Assembly: GCA_028875655.1 (NCBI GenBank)
Contig: JAPPCX010000003.1
Span: 522-64,521, forward strand
Source of the DNA: Chloroflexota bacterium
Lineage (GTDB): Bacteria; Chloroflexota; Dehalococcoidia; Lucifugimonadales; UBA3495
Length of the DNA stretch: 64,000 bases
Reading direction: 5' to 3'
In this document: positions 1-8,717 of the stretch, one piece after another
How the letters are laid out: each line of letters begins with the position of its first letter
How positions within the stretch are numbered: the stretch's first letter is position 1
Program-made: the position numbers and the translations under genes
The notes under the pieces: generated by a model
The model's input: the letters and a program-made list of their open reading frames with translations, nothing else
Databases searched by the model: none
Told to the model about the DNA's origin: nothing

Positions 1-415
1 GCCCAACGACTATGCCGACCTGGTGATTTTCAGCGATGACGAGAAGAAGATGCCCTGGTTCGTCATCGAGTGCAAGCGGGGCGACTTATCCGACGCGGCC
101 TTTGACCAGGCTATCGAGCAGGCTTGCGGCAATCGGGCCAGCCTGGGCGCGCTGTATTGCGGCGCGGTGGACGGCATCCGCCGCCGCCTGCTGCGCTTTG
201 ACAAGTATCCCCCCAGCGAGCGGGAGCGCAACCATATTACCGACTTTCCGGTGCGTTACGGCGCGCCACCGCCATGGCGGTTTTACAAGAACGAACCCGG
301 CAAAGACCTGCCCGCCGTGCCCCGGGAGGAACTGCGGGCGGCCATCCGTAAGTGCCATCAAACGCTGTGGGAGGGTGGACGACGCAGCCCCATCGCCGCC
401 TTTGTCCAAGGTTGA
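1..415 (+). pseudogene. Type I-like restriction-modification enzyme (HsdR N-terminal PD-(D/E)XK domain running into the start of an N-6 methylase region); 5' end off-window, 3' truncated
   Basis: Frame open from position 2: PNDYADLVIF...VIECK (nuclease D...ExK motif), then KCHQTLWEGGRRSPIAAF, which in such proteins normally begins the methylase helical domain. It stops abruptly where the AT-rich cassette starts. Confidence 0.65.
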
Positions 416-469
416 TTCACATCCCGAACGCTGTTACCCTTCGCTGCCAACCTTATCGGAGGTGATCAA

Positions 470-1327
470 ATGGCCACACAAGATCAGTACAAAAACTTCA
501 CTGCACGATTGAAATTGCTCATCAGCAAACGCCCTGACTTAACGACAACCACCCTCAGCAATATATTCACGATGCGGTTGATTGGGAATAAAACTCACGG
601 AGACCTCGCGGAGATTGCAATTTCCGAATTTATCAATCAGTATATGTACGATTTCCGTTCGATACACGTCGGCAAGGATCTGTATCGAGCCAAATCACGC
701 GAGGAAGACATTACGATCATCAACGAAATCGACAATACGGAATTTCCAGTAAGCCTTAAAGCTTACGGAGACGGGCCTCTCCAACTCTCCACTGACAAAA
801 ATTTCACGATGTTCCCCAAGCTTGAAGAAGCGAGAGCAAGCTGGGGCGAAATAATGGAGGGGAATACTATTGATTCTGTCCTCAGTGATCCGGCATTTTC
901 AGAATTCACAGATATAAATGTGCTTCCTCTCATTTATGATGAGAAAAACCAGCGATGCAACATTCTTGTGTTCGATTCAGAACGTGCGATTGCCGATACA
1001 GTTCGCATTGTCTATGAAATAAGTGGACGCGGCCGCAGGCATCCAGTTTACAGATTCTATAACGAATCGAACGAATACATATGTGAAGTTCGTTACGGCG
1101 GTGCTTCTGCGAACGCACTACAGCGTGGACTATGGACTCACACGAAAAACGGGATAAATTACTTTGACAGTATCACTGGCGGGTGGATTACATACGCACA
1201 TAACCACGTGTTAGTGCGGCTATTCTCACATGCACTGGTGTCCAGTGATCAGGGGCATAGTGCCGCGTTGCAGACTGTGATCGAGGACATTGAACGCCTC
1301 AACAACATTCCGGAGTCGTCATTATGA
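470..1327 (+). CDS. Putative type II restriction endonuclease
   Basis: 285-aa ORF with GGAGG SD, AT-richer than the flanks, E...D...SLK PD-(D/E)XK-like pattern (GDLAE...EEDI...VSLK), ATGA overlap with a DNA methylase. Confidence 0.6.
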   Translation: MATQDQYKNFTARLKLLISKRPDLTTTTLSNIFTMRLIGNKTHGDLAEIAISEFINQYMYDFRSIHVGKDLYRAKSREEDITIINEIDNTEFPVSLKAYGDGPLQLSTDKNFTMFPKLEEARASWGEIMEGNTIDSVLSDPAFSEFTDINVLPLIYDEKNQRCNILVFDSERAIADTVRIVYEISGRGRRHPVYRFYNESNEYICEVRYGGASANALQRGLWTHTKNGINYFDSITGGWITYAHNHVLVRLFSHALVSSDQGHSAALQTVIEDIERLNNIPESSL

Positions 1328-2460
1328 TTATGCAACCTCGGCTGTTTGATGGTGATGCCCCTGGTTATCTTTTCACGGAGGGGATCAAATACATCGGTTC
1401 AAAGTCAAAGATTATCCCATACATTCTCCAGATAGCTCAAGGACTAGGTGGTTCCACGGTCTTCGATGGCTTCTCTGGCACTACCCGGGTTTCCCAAGCT
1501 TTCGCAAAATCAGGATACCGGGTCATTTGCAATGACATAGCCCCTTGGTCGGAGGTCTTTGGTACCTGCTACCTCTTGAGCAAAAAACCTGCCAGCGAAT
1601 ATGTTGATCTTATCAACCACCTCAATGGAGTCGTGCCGGTCGACGGCTGGTTCACAGAACACTATGGCGGCTATCCTAACGGAGGATGCGCGGTTCAACA
1701 AGACGGCCTCAAAAAGCCTTGGCAAGTTCATAACACGCGAAAACTGGATGCTATTCGCCAAGAAATCGAGATTCTCAACTTGCCCCCAGAAGATAAAGCA
1801 GTCGTATTGAGCAGCCTCATTTTGGCACTGGACCGTGTGGATAACACAGTAGGTCACTACGTGTCATATCTTAAGGACTGGTCAAGCCGTTCATATGACT
1901 CACTTGTCTTGCGTGTGCCAAATTTGTTCGAGTCCATGCAAGATCACAGCGTATTGCGCTGCGATATTTCTGAGATCGCTTCAAGTATTAATGCCGACAT
2001 CACATATTTAGACCCTCCTTATGGTTCCAACAATGAAAAGATGCCTCCATCTCGAGTGAGGTACGCCTCTTACTACCACGTCTGGGCTAGTGTATGCCTA
2101 TTTGATGATCCCGCGGTATTTGGAAGAGCTAAGCGACGGAGCGATAGCACAGATTCCCTCGCATCATCTGCTTTTGAAGAGTTCCGAAAGAGCGTAAGCG
2201 GACGCTATATCGCTGTGGAGGCTATCGATGAAACTCTCAATATGATTCAATCTCAGTGGATTATACTGTCATATAGCTCAGGCGGCAGAGCTACCGCAGA
2301 AGAATTGCGTGATGTTATCGATAGCAACGGCAAATTGATTGATGTGGTGTCTATTGATCACAAAAAGAACGTCATGGCTTCAATGAAATGGACGCATCAA
2401 TGGATTAATGATTGTAACGAATTCAATAAGGAATTTTTGTTTCTAATTGAAAAACGATGA
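1324..2460 (+). CDS. N6-adenine DNA methyltransferase (Dam/D12 class, FokI/NlaIII-like motif order)
   Basis: KYIGSK motif X, FDGFSGT SAM-binding motif I, YLDPPY catalytic motif IV. Confidence 0.9.
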   Translation: MIMQPRLFDGDAPGYLFTEGIKYIGSKSKIIPYILQIAQGLGGSTVFDGFSGTTRVSQAFAKSGYRVICNDIAPWSEVFGTCYLLSKKPASEYVDLINHLNGVVPVDGWFTEHYGGYPNGGCAVQQDGLKKPWQVHNTRKLDAIRQEIEILNLPPEDKAVVLSSLILALDRVDNTVGHYVSYLKDWSSRSYDSLVLRVPNLFESMQDHSVLRCDISEIASSINADITYLDPPYGSNNEKMPPSRVRYASYYHVWASVCLFDDPAVFGRAKRRSDSTDSLASSAFEEFRKSVSGRYIAVEAIDETLNMIQSQWIILSYSSGGRATAEELRDVIDSNGKLIDVVSIDHKKNVMASMKWTHQWINDCNEFNKEFLFLIEKR

Positions 2461-2813
2461 TGTTTTGCTTTATTCAAGAGCGGATGAGTATCGGCATGGG
2501 CTGTTGCTCAACGGAGTTTCACGTGTTGCGGGTCAAGGATGGCGTGGAATTGCTACCCGAATATCTGGCGGCGATACTCCGCAGCCGCCTGGCGCTTTCG
2601 CAAACCGTCCACATGATGACGGGCAACACGCATCCGCGCCTGACTAATGACGACGTGGCGAACCTGACGATTCCGATACCGTTGCTGGATGTTCAGGAGA
2701 GTATCGCCGGCGAGATAGTGTGGCGGCGGGATGAGGCGCGGCGGCTGCGTGGTGAGGCGGAAGCGGGTTGGGAAGGGGCGAAGGGGTGGTTTGAGGGGGA
2801 GTTGCTAGCGTGA
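2457..2813 (+). pseudogene. C-terminal fragment of a restriction-modification specificity (HsdS-like) subunit
   Basis: CSTEFHVLR...PEYL...TGNTHPRL...IPIPLLDVQESIA is the end of a TRD plus the conserved helical spacer. The N-terminal part is missing. Confidence 0.7.
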
Positions 2814-2889
2814 CGGGTTGCCTATCCGCGCCTATGCCGTCGGCGTCGTCTGACTGATGGCCTGCTCAAAGTGGTGGGCCCAGGATGAG

Positions 2890-3219
2890 CTAATCTGCCC
2901 ACACCATGGCGAAGGATTTGAGTTCGCGGATGCGCTGTAGCCGGCCGTCGGGCGAGTATTCGCCGATGCCGGTTACGACAGCGCGGCGGACGTCGTTGGC
3001 CTGGAACGCGCCGGCTACTTCAATGTGCCACTTGGCCGGATAGGAGCTGACGATAATGTCGCCGTTGTCCAGCAGCAACTGGAAAGCGCCGCCCTCGGGT
3101 TCGTCATCGGGATTTGGCGGGTCCATTTGCACGGCGCGCACCTGGCCTCGCACTTCCACCGGGCGGAGGTTCGCGGGGTGACTATCAGGATCAAGCCCCG
3201 TAGTTGTTTGCTCCGTCAT
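2890..3219 (-). CDS. Hypothetical protein, paralogue of 3652-3987 (predicted beta-rich, possibly OB-like)
   Basis: Shares RPVEVRGQVR.VQM, FQLLL..G..IVS.YP..WH.EV and GIGEYSPDG.LQRI.ELKSF with 3652-3987. Confidence 0.75.
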   Translation of the reverse strand: MTEQTTTGLDPDSHPANLRPVEVRGQVRAVQMDPPNPDDEPEGGAFQLLLDNGDIIVSSYPAKWHIEVAGAFQANDVRRAVVTGIGEYSPDGRLQRIRELKSFAMVWAD

Positions 3220-3223
3220 AACG

Positions 3224-3655
3224 TTACGTCCTCGCCGGCCTCAACAAAACGGTAAAGCCGGCTTGCCTGAAATGGTGGTCTCCGGACAGGGCATTGGCGA
3301 TATTCAACCGCTCCATCACCAGGAAGCTGGCACAATCCGTGATGCTTCATTCCTTGTCGTCCGCCACGGTGCGGAACATGGCAAAGGCTTCGTCAAATTG
3401 CTCCGGCGACTGAGGGATGATAGATACTCGTGGATCTTGGATAATCCGGTCGATCAGATCAACGGCGGCGCGCCTCAATCCGGCAGAAGAACCGCTTCGG
3501 GGAGCGAGCGTCTCGTTGAGCACCAATTGGGTAGTTACGATCCGGTCGTTTTGAGATTGCAACAGCGCGTCGTATTCCGTAGCCAACGAATGAAACTCGT
3601 CGCCGGGCGTAATCAGGGCAATCCAATATCCGGAGTCGGCAAAGTAGTCATTCAT
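3224..3655 (-). pseudogene. vapC: PIN-domain (VapC-like) ribonuclease with in-frame TGA at 3347-3349
   Basis: MNDYFADSGYW...VLNET...DDKE*SITDCASFLVMERLNIANALSGDHHFRQAGF. The frame continues through the stop to TAA at 3224-3226, and the stop sits at the W of the typical DKEWSxTDC motif. Confidence 0.85.
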
Positions 3656-3987
3656 GCGCTAGCCCGGATTCTGCCACGGCGCAGAAACGCCTCTTTCCAA
3701 TTCGGAACACGAAAGGTATCGAAGGATTTGAGCTCGTGGATGCGCTGTAGCTTGCCATCAGGAGAATACTCACCGATGCCGGAAACGATGGCGTGATCCA
3801 TATCGTTTGCCTGGTAGGCGGCTCCGACCTCGACGTGCCACTCCTTCGGGTAAGGGCTGACGATGGTGTTGCCGTCTTCCAGCAGCAACTGGAAAGTTCC
3901 GCCGCCGCCTTCGCCCGGCGGGTTCATCTGGACGCCGCGCACTTGGCCCCTGACTTCGACCGGGCGGCAGTTTTCGGGCTGGTTCAT
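3652..3987 (-). CDS. Hypothetical protein, candidate antitoxin partner of the PIN gene
   Basis: AGGAG SD; stop overlaps the PIN start (ATGA); paralogue at 2890-3219. Confidence 0.75.
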   Translation of the reverse strand: MNQPENCRPVEVRGQVRGVQMNPPGEGGGGTFQLLLEDGNTIVSPYPKEWHVEVGAAYQANDMDHAIVSGIGEYSPDGKLQRIHELKSFDTFRVPNWKEAFLRRGRIRASA

Positions 3988-4063
3988 GTTGCTGCTCCTG
4001 GCGAACCATACGGGCGATTATGGGTTCTATTGTAGCATTACGCCTCGTCAGTAGGCCGGCTGG

Positions 4064-4585
4064 CTACACCACCTGGGCGCCGAGGATGCGGGTGATGTGG
4101 TTCAGGGCCCAGCGGTGGGCTTCGGTGTCGAAGGAGGCTACGCAGTTCTCGGGGATTTCTACGGTGTAGTCGCGGTTGCGGGCGTCGGAGGTGGTGTGCA
4201 TGACGCAGATGTCGGTGCAGACGCCGCAGATGATGACCTTGTCGGGGTTCAGAACGGCCAGGCGTTGCTCCAGGTCGGTGTTGAAGAAGCCGCTGTAACG
4301 GTTCTTGGGAACGACGTTGGAATCGGTGACCCACTCGGACAGTGCGGGTATCACCTCCGGCTCCTCGGTGCCGATGACGCAATGCACCGGGAACATCTGG
4401 AACTCCAGGTCATCGGGCAGGTGGTGGTCGGAAATGAACAGGATTGTTGACCCGGATTCCGACTCGCGTCGCAGCAGGTTTTGCACCGGCTCGATGATGC
4501 TGCGGGAATCGTCGCCGCAGTAGAGGTTGTGGCCGGGTTCCAGGAACCCGCGCACCATATCGACTACCAGGACTGCGTTGGGCAT
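4064..4585 (-). CDS. Isochorismatase/nicotinamidase-family cysteine hydrolase
   Basis: LVVDM, DHH, HC, KNRYSGF and GVCTDICV motifs. Confidence 0.9.
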   Translation of the reverse strand: MPNAVLVVDMVRGFLEPGHNLYCGDDSRSIIEPVQNLLRRESESGSTILFISDHHLPDDLEFQMFPVHCVIGTEEPEVIPALSEWVTDSNVVPKNRYSGFFNTDLEQRLAVLNPDKVIICGVCTDICVMHTTSDARNRDYTVEIPENCVASFDTEAHRWALNHITRILGAQVV

Positions 4586-4591
4586 ATCGGC

Positions 4592-5104
4592 TCACCTCGC
4601 TTGTTCCATGCCGGGGTTAAAGGGCCGGCCGTCAACCAGCACCTCCTTGATTACCGCGTTGCCGGAGGCGCTGAGCGACACCACGACCTTGACGTCCTGC
4701 GCCCGTTCGACGATGTGGCCGGTTCCTTCGGGCACGAAGAAGGTGCCGATGCCGAAATCGATTCGTCCGCGGTCATTTATTCGTCCGCGGATATACACGT
4801 CAGTCGGGTCCGGTTGGCGCGGGGATTGCTCGGCGCCACACCAGACGTCGCCGCATTCCCGCAGCACAACAAACACCTGGCTGCCGACCGGACGATCCCT
4901 GAGAGATTCGTGCAGTTCGGCAATCTCATAGTCCAGGATGGCATAGTCGCCCTGTAGCAACGACCGCGGGTCAACGGGGACGGTTTGCAGCGTAACCTCC
5001 CGGCCCTGGGTCAACGCAACCTGGCGCACGGTGGCAAACACCACCAGGCCGATGACCTGGGCCGCTACCACGGCGAACAGCAGGATGGTCATTCGCCGGC
5101 TCAT
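4592..5104 (-). CDS. GDYXXLXY domain membrane-anchored protein
   Basis: PVDPRSLLQGDYAILDY motif, N-terminal TM helix, next to DUF2157. Confidence 0.9.
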   Translation of the reverse strand: MSRRMTILLFAVVAAQVIGLVVFATVRQVALTQGREVTLQTVPVDPRSLLQGDYAILDYEIAELHESLRDRPVGSQVFVVLRECGDVWCGAEQSPRQPDPTDVYIRGRINDRGRIDFGIGTFFVPEGTGHIVERAQDVKVVVSLSASGNAVIKEVLVDGRPFNPGMEQAR

Positions 5105-6360
5105 GATGCGGCCTCAGATTCCCGTATGCGTCGCACCAGCCGCCGGCGCAGGTACTCCATGCCGAACCCGCCGGCGAGCAGGATCACGCCGGCTACGATG
5201 AACGCCACCGACTGGCCGAGCAGGCCAAGCCCGAACTCGAAGTAGCGGGTGAACAGCGTGATCGCAAAGATGGGCACGGCGAGATTGATGAGATATGCGC
5301 GGTTCCAGCGATAGCCGGCGGCGATCATCGCCAGGACGCCGGCCAGCATCACCAGGTTGAACACCCACCAGAGCCATGCGCCGCCGAAGGCCAGGCCGAG
5401 CCACATCACGGCGGCGACGAGCGCCATTGAGCCCACTGCTCCGGCTTCCCACCAGATCTGACCGGTGCGCTGCCCTGCATCCCGCCACGCGGCAACGGCG
5501 AACAGCGCGGCAATGACAATGACGGCGATGGCGACCATCCCCCAGTATTCGACGGTCAACGCATTGAATGAAAGTTTAGACCTGCCGATGTCCCACCACA
5601 ACTCGTCGAAACTCAAAAAGTAGATTCCGGCGGCGGCTACCAGCAGGCCGGAAATGTCGCAGAGTCGCGCGAATTGACGCGTATCGGGGAAGCGCGCCTG
5701 CATCCGTCCGGCCGCGAACAGGAACGCTCCCAACGGGAGCAAGCCGGGTAACAACAGGATTGTGTCTTCGGAATTCAGTTCGGGCACCCATTCCTGCGCC
5801 CGGAATCCGGCCGCCGCCAGGAACAGGATTATCGACAGGGCAAACACGGCTTGCGAACGGGTGATGTAGGCTAAAGGAATCACGCCCAGGAACCACAGCG
5901 GCACCAGGTTGGGGTGGTTCACCGGAACGTGATAGGTCTGGGCAACGAGGTGGATGGACGCGCCGAACGCGATGGCGCCGAGCAGGATGACCGCGACGCC
6001 GATGCGAACGTAGCCGAAGCGGTATCCGATGAACCAGCCGATGACGTAGATAGCGGGAGTTCCCACCACCATTAGCGCCAGTTTCGCCAGCTTGGGGATT
6101 TCCGACCAGTTGGCGGCGATGAAGGCGATGATGCCCAGGCCGATGAGCGCCGCGCCCATGATGGCGATGACGGTGACGACCCGGTTGCCGATGGCGCTGC
6201 CGCCCGCTTCCGGTGAATCCGACGCGTATCGATTTCTTATCGCCTCGGCCTGTTCGGCGGTGATTATGCCGTCGGCTTCCCAGCGAGCGACTTCCGCCGG
6301 CAGTTGCCGGGTGAAATCGACGTCAGGCGTTGATGGGTTGTCAGGCGCATCGGAAGTCAT
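5101..6360 (-). CDS. DUF2157 domain membrane protein
   Basis: WEADGIITAEQAEAI, GAALIGLGIIAFIAANW and QTYH motifs; many TM helices. ATG at 6360 overlaps the upstream stop (TAATG). Confidence 0.85.
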   Translation of the reverse strand: MTSDAPDNPSTPDVDFTRQLPAEVARWEADGIITAEQAEAIRNRYASDSPEAGGSAIGNRVVTVIAIMGAALIGLGIIAFIAANWSEIPKLAKLALMVVGTPAIYVIGWFIGYRFGYVRIGVAVILLGAIAFGASIHLVAQTYHVPVNHPNLVPLWFLGVIPLAYITRSQAVFALSIILFLAAAGFRAQEWVPELNSEDTILLLPGLLPLGAFLFAAGRMQARFPDTRQFARLCDISGLLVAAAGIYFLSFDELWWDIGRSKLSFNALTVEYWGMVAIAVIVIAALFAVAAWRDAGQRTGQIWWEAGAVGSMALVAAVMWLGLAFGGAWLWWVFNLVMLAGVLAMIAAGYRWNRAYLINLAVPIFAITLFTRYFEFGLGLLGQSVAFIVAGVILLAGGFGMEYLRRRLVRRIRESEAAS

Positions 6361-6758
6361 TAGTCCCAGGCTCGCCACGCTTCGGACGGTTCGGTTATTG
6401 ACACCCATCCATTTTCGCGTACCGCCATGGCAACGTCGCTACCCAACAGGAGAGACATGCCGATGAGCGGTCTGCCGGGCATGGCGGGCGCCGAAATCGT
6501 TACCATATTGCCATGCCACATTATTTTTGCGGAATAGGCCCGAAAGCGCCGGGCGCTGCCATCGGCCAACCGCATCATCCTCTCCCTGGTCCGCTCCAAT
6601 CCCAAAGCGCTGACGATCTCAATAGGCAGGGTCATATATCCGGTGAATCCAGTGTCAATGACGGCTTCTACAGGGACAGTAGTTCCTCGATTGTCCAGGA
6701 TGGCTACGGTCAGGCGGGGTTCTGGCTCTTTTGCGCTGACGTATCCGGTCATAGTCAT
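6360..6758 (-). CDS. Clan AA (retropepsin-like) aspartic protease
   Basis: AVIDTGFTGYMTLP catalytic DTG motif, LADG flap, PLIGMSLL motif. Confidence 0.85.
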   Translation of the reverse strand: MTMTGYVSAKEPEPRLTVAILDNRGTTVPVEAVIDTGFTGYMTLPIEIVSALGLERTRERMMRLADGSARRFRAYSAKIMWHGNMVTISAPAMPGRPLIGMSLLLGSDVAMAVRENGWVSITEPSEAWRAWD

Positions 6759-7909
6759 TATGGGATGCCTTCAGGGGAAATGCCACGTATCAGGATCGGT
6801 TCCTGCTCTCCGATTGGCATGAGATACACCGGGGCTTCGCGATTATACTCGCCAAGACGCTGCAACCCTTCAAACTCGGTTGGCAGAACCTCGTAACTCT
6901 CACTTTCCGCGTTGATGATCAGCCACTTGCCCTGATCGGCGTCGGTCAGGTTAGGCTCAATCCGGTTGCGGTAAATGGCCAGAGCCTTTCTTTCCAGCGC
7001 ACGGAAACGCCGGTCTTCTGCTTGAACGTAATCAGAGGGTCCATCCCCAACAGCATACCCGGCGTCGCGTTCCAGCATTTCGGTAAGGCCCATGAGCTCG
7101 AACGCATCGTTGAGCGGGGTCATCTGATTGACCAGGCGCTCGGTTGTGCCCTTGGCTTTGAGTTCCTCCATCACCTTGGCCACCGTGTAGGCTACCGACA
7201 TGAAGGCGCTGCCGGGGAAAATGACCATCTTGAACCCCAGCCGCTCCAGCTCCGACACGTTGAGCAAGGGGGACTTGCCAGTCTCCACGAAGTTGTAGAG
7301 CAGGGGTACGCTGGTGCGCGCCACCACCTCGGCCGCTTCTTCCGCCGAGCGGATGGCCTCCACGAACAGGGCGTCGGCGCCGGCCTCGGTGAAAGCGTCG
7401 CAGCGGCGCATGGTGTCGTCCCAGCCGGTTACGGCCAGCGCGTCGGTGCGCACGATGATGGTGAAATCGTCGTCGGTGCGGGCGTCCACGGCGGCGCGGA
7501 TCTTCTGGACCATTTCGTCGATGGGTACCACGCGCTTGTCTTCAAGGTGGCCGCAACGCTTGGGGAACTGTTGGTCTTCGATGTGGACGGCGGCGACGCC
7601 GGTGCGCTCGTACTCCCGGATGGTGCGGCGCACGTTCATGGTGCCGCCGTATCCGGTATCGGCGTCCGCGATTACGGGGACATCCACGGCGCCGGTGATT
7701 GCGGCGGCGTTGGCCAGCATCTCGGTAGCCGTTGTGAGCGCAAGGTCGGGGTAGCCGATGCGCGCGACGGACGTTCCGGCGCCGGTCATGTACACGGCGG
7801 GAAAGCCTGTCCGCTCGATAATGGCGGCAGTCAGGCAATCATAGGCCCCGGGCGCCGTGATTATGCCGGGTTGGTTCAGCAGTTGGCGAAATCTCTTGGT
7901 CGCTCGCAT
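6758..7909 (-). CDS. Isocitrate lyase/PEP mutase family enzyme (PrpB-like) with an extra C-terminal domain of about 90 aa
   Basis: DADTGYGG, HIEDQQFPKRCGH, RTDA and ADALFVE motifs. The C-terminal tail resembles the stand-alone protein at 24182-24439. Confidence 0.88.
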   Translation of the reverse strand: MRATKRFRQLLNQPGIITAPGAYDCLTAAIIERTGFPAVYMTGAGTSVARIGYPDLALTTATEMLANAAAITGAVDVPVIADADTGYGGTMNVRRTIREYERTGVAAVHIEDQQFPKRCGHLEDKRVVPIDEMVQKIRAAVDARTDDDFTIIVRTDALAVTGWDDTMRRCDAFTEAGADALFVEAIRSAEEAAEVVARTSVPLLYNFVETGKSPLLNVSELERLGFKMVIFPGSAFMSVAYTVAKVMEELKAKGTTERLVNQMTPLNDAFELMGLTEMLERDAGYAVGDGPSDYVQAEDRRFRALERKALAIYRNRIEPNLTDADQGKWLIINAESESYEVLPTEFEGLQRLGEYNREAPVYLMPIGEQEPILIRGISPEGIP

Positions 7910-7923
7910 CGTAAAGCCCCCGT

Positions 7924-8688
7924 TTATGCTGTCATGCCGCCGTCTATGGTCAAGGTTTGCCCGGTGATGTAGCTGGCGGCGGGACTGACCAGGTACAGCA
8001 CTGCCGAAGCCACGTCCTCGGCGGATCCGAACCGTCCGGCCGGCACTCGGGACAGCACCTGGTTTCGCTGTTCGTCATTCAGTTCGCCGGTCATGCCGCC
8101 GGTGTCGCCGATCTCGATGAATCCCGGCGCGACCGCGTTGACCGTGATGTTCCGGCTGGCCACCTCCCGGGCGATGGCCTTAGCAAGTCCGATCTGGCCG
8201 GCCTTGGACGCCGCATAGTTAGCCTGGCCCGGGTTGCCAGACAACCCGACCACTGACGAAACGTTAACAACCCTCCCGTAGCGTTGCCGCACCATCAGGG
8301 GTATAGCGAACCGCGTGGGCAGGAACGTGCCGCGGAGGTTGACGGTTAACACATCATCCCAGTCCTCGACGTTCATCCGCATCACCAGCCGGTCGCGGGT
8401 GATGCCGGCGTTGTTCACCAGGATGTCCAGGCGGCCCAGGCGATCCGCAGTTGTCTTGACCACCGCCTCGGCGGCGTTCTCGTCCGATACGTCGCCAGGA
8501 ACCCGCAAAGCCTCGCCCCCGGCGGCCCTGATTTCATCGATCACCCGGTCCGCGGCGTTTGCGTTGGTCCGGTAGTTGATGCCCACCGAGGCTCCGGCGG
8601 CGGCCAGCTCCTTCGCTATCGCCGCGCCGATTCCACGGGACGAGCCCGTCACCAGCGCAACCTGTCCGCTCAAGTCAATCGTGTACAT
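7924..8688 (-). CDS. fabG: 3-oxoacyl-ACP reductase
   Basis: TGSSRGIG, NNAGITRD and GNPGQANYAASK motifs; follows plsX. Confidence 0.92.
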   Translation of the reverse strand: MYTIDLSGQVALVTGSSRGIGAAIAKELAAAGASVGINYRTNANAADRVIDEIRAAGGEALRVPGDVSDENAAEAVVKTTADRLGRLDILVNNAGITRDRLVMRMNVEDWDDVLTVNLRGTFLPTRFAIPLMVRQRYGRVVNVSSVVGLSGNPGQANYAASKAGQIGLAKAIAREVASRNITVNAVAPGFIEIGDTGGMTGELNDEQRNQVLSRVPAGRFGSAEDVASAVLYLVSPAASYITGQTLTIDGGMTA

Positions 8689-8717
8689 GGACGCACCTGT
8701 TCCTTTATACGACACGC

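Noticed and set aside
3347-3349. TGA read as Trp or Sec (alternative genetic code)
   Set aside because: Many conserved genes here end in TGA at the expected position and TGG is used for Trp throughout. The site corresponds to Trp, not Cys, so a nonsense mutation or error is simpler.
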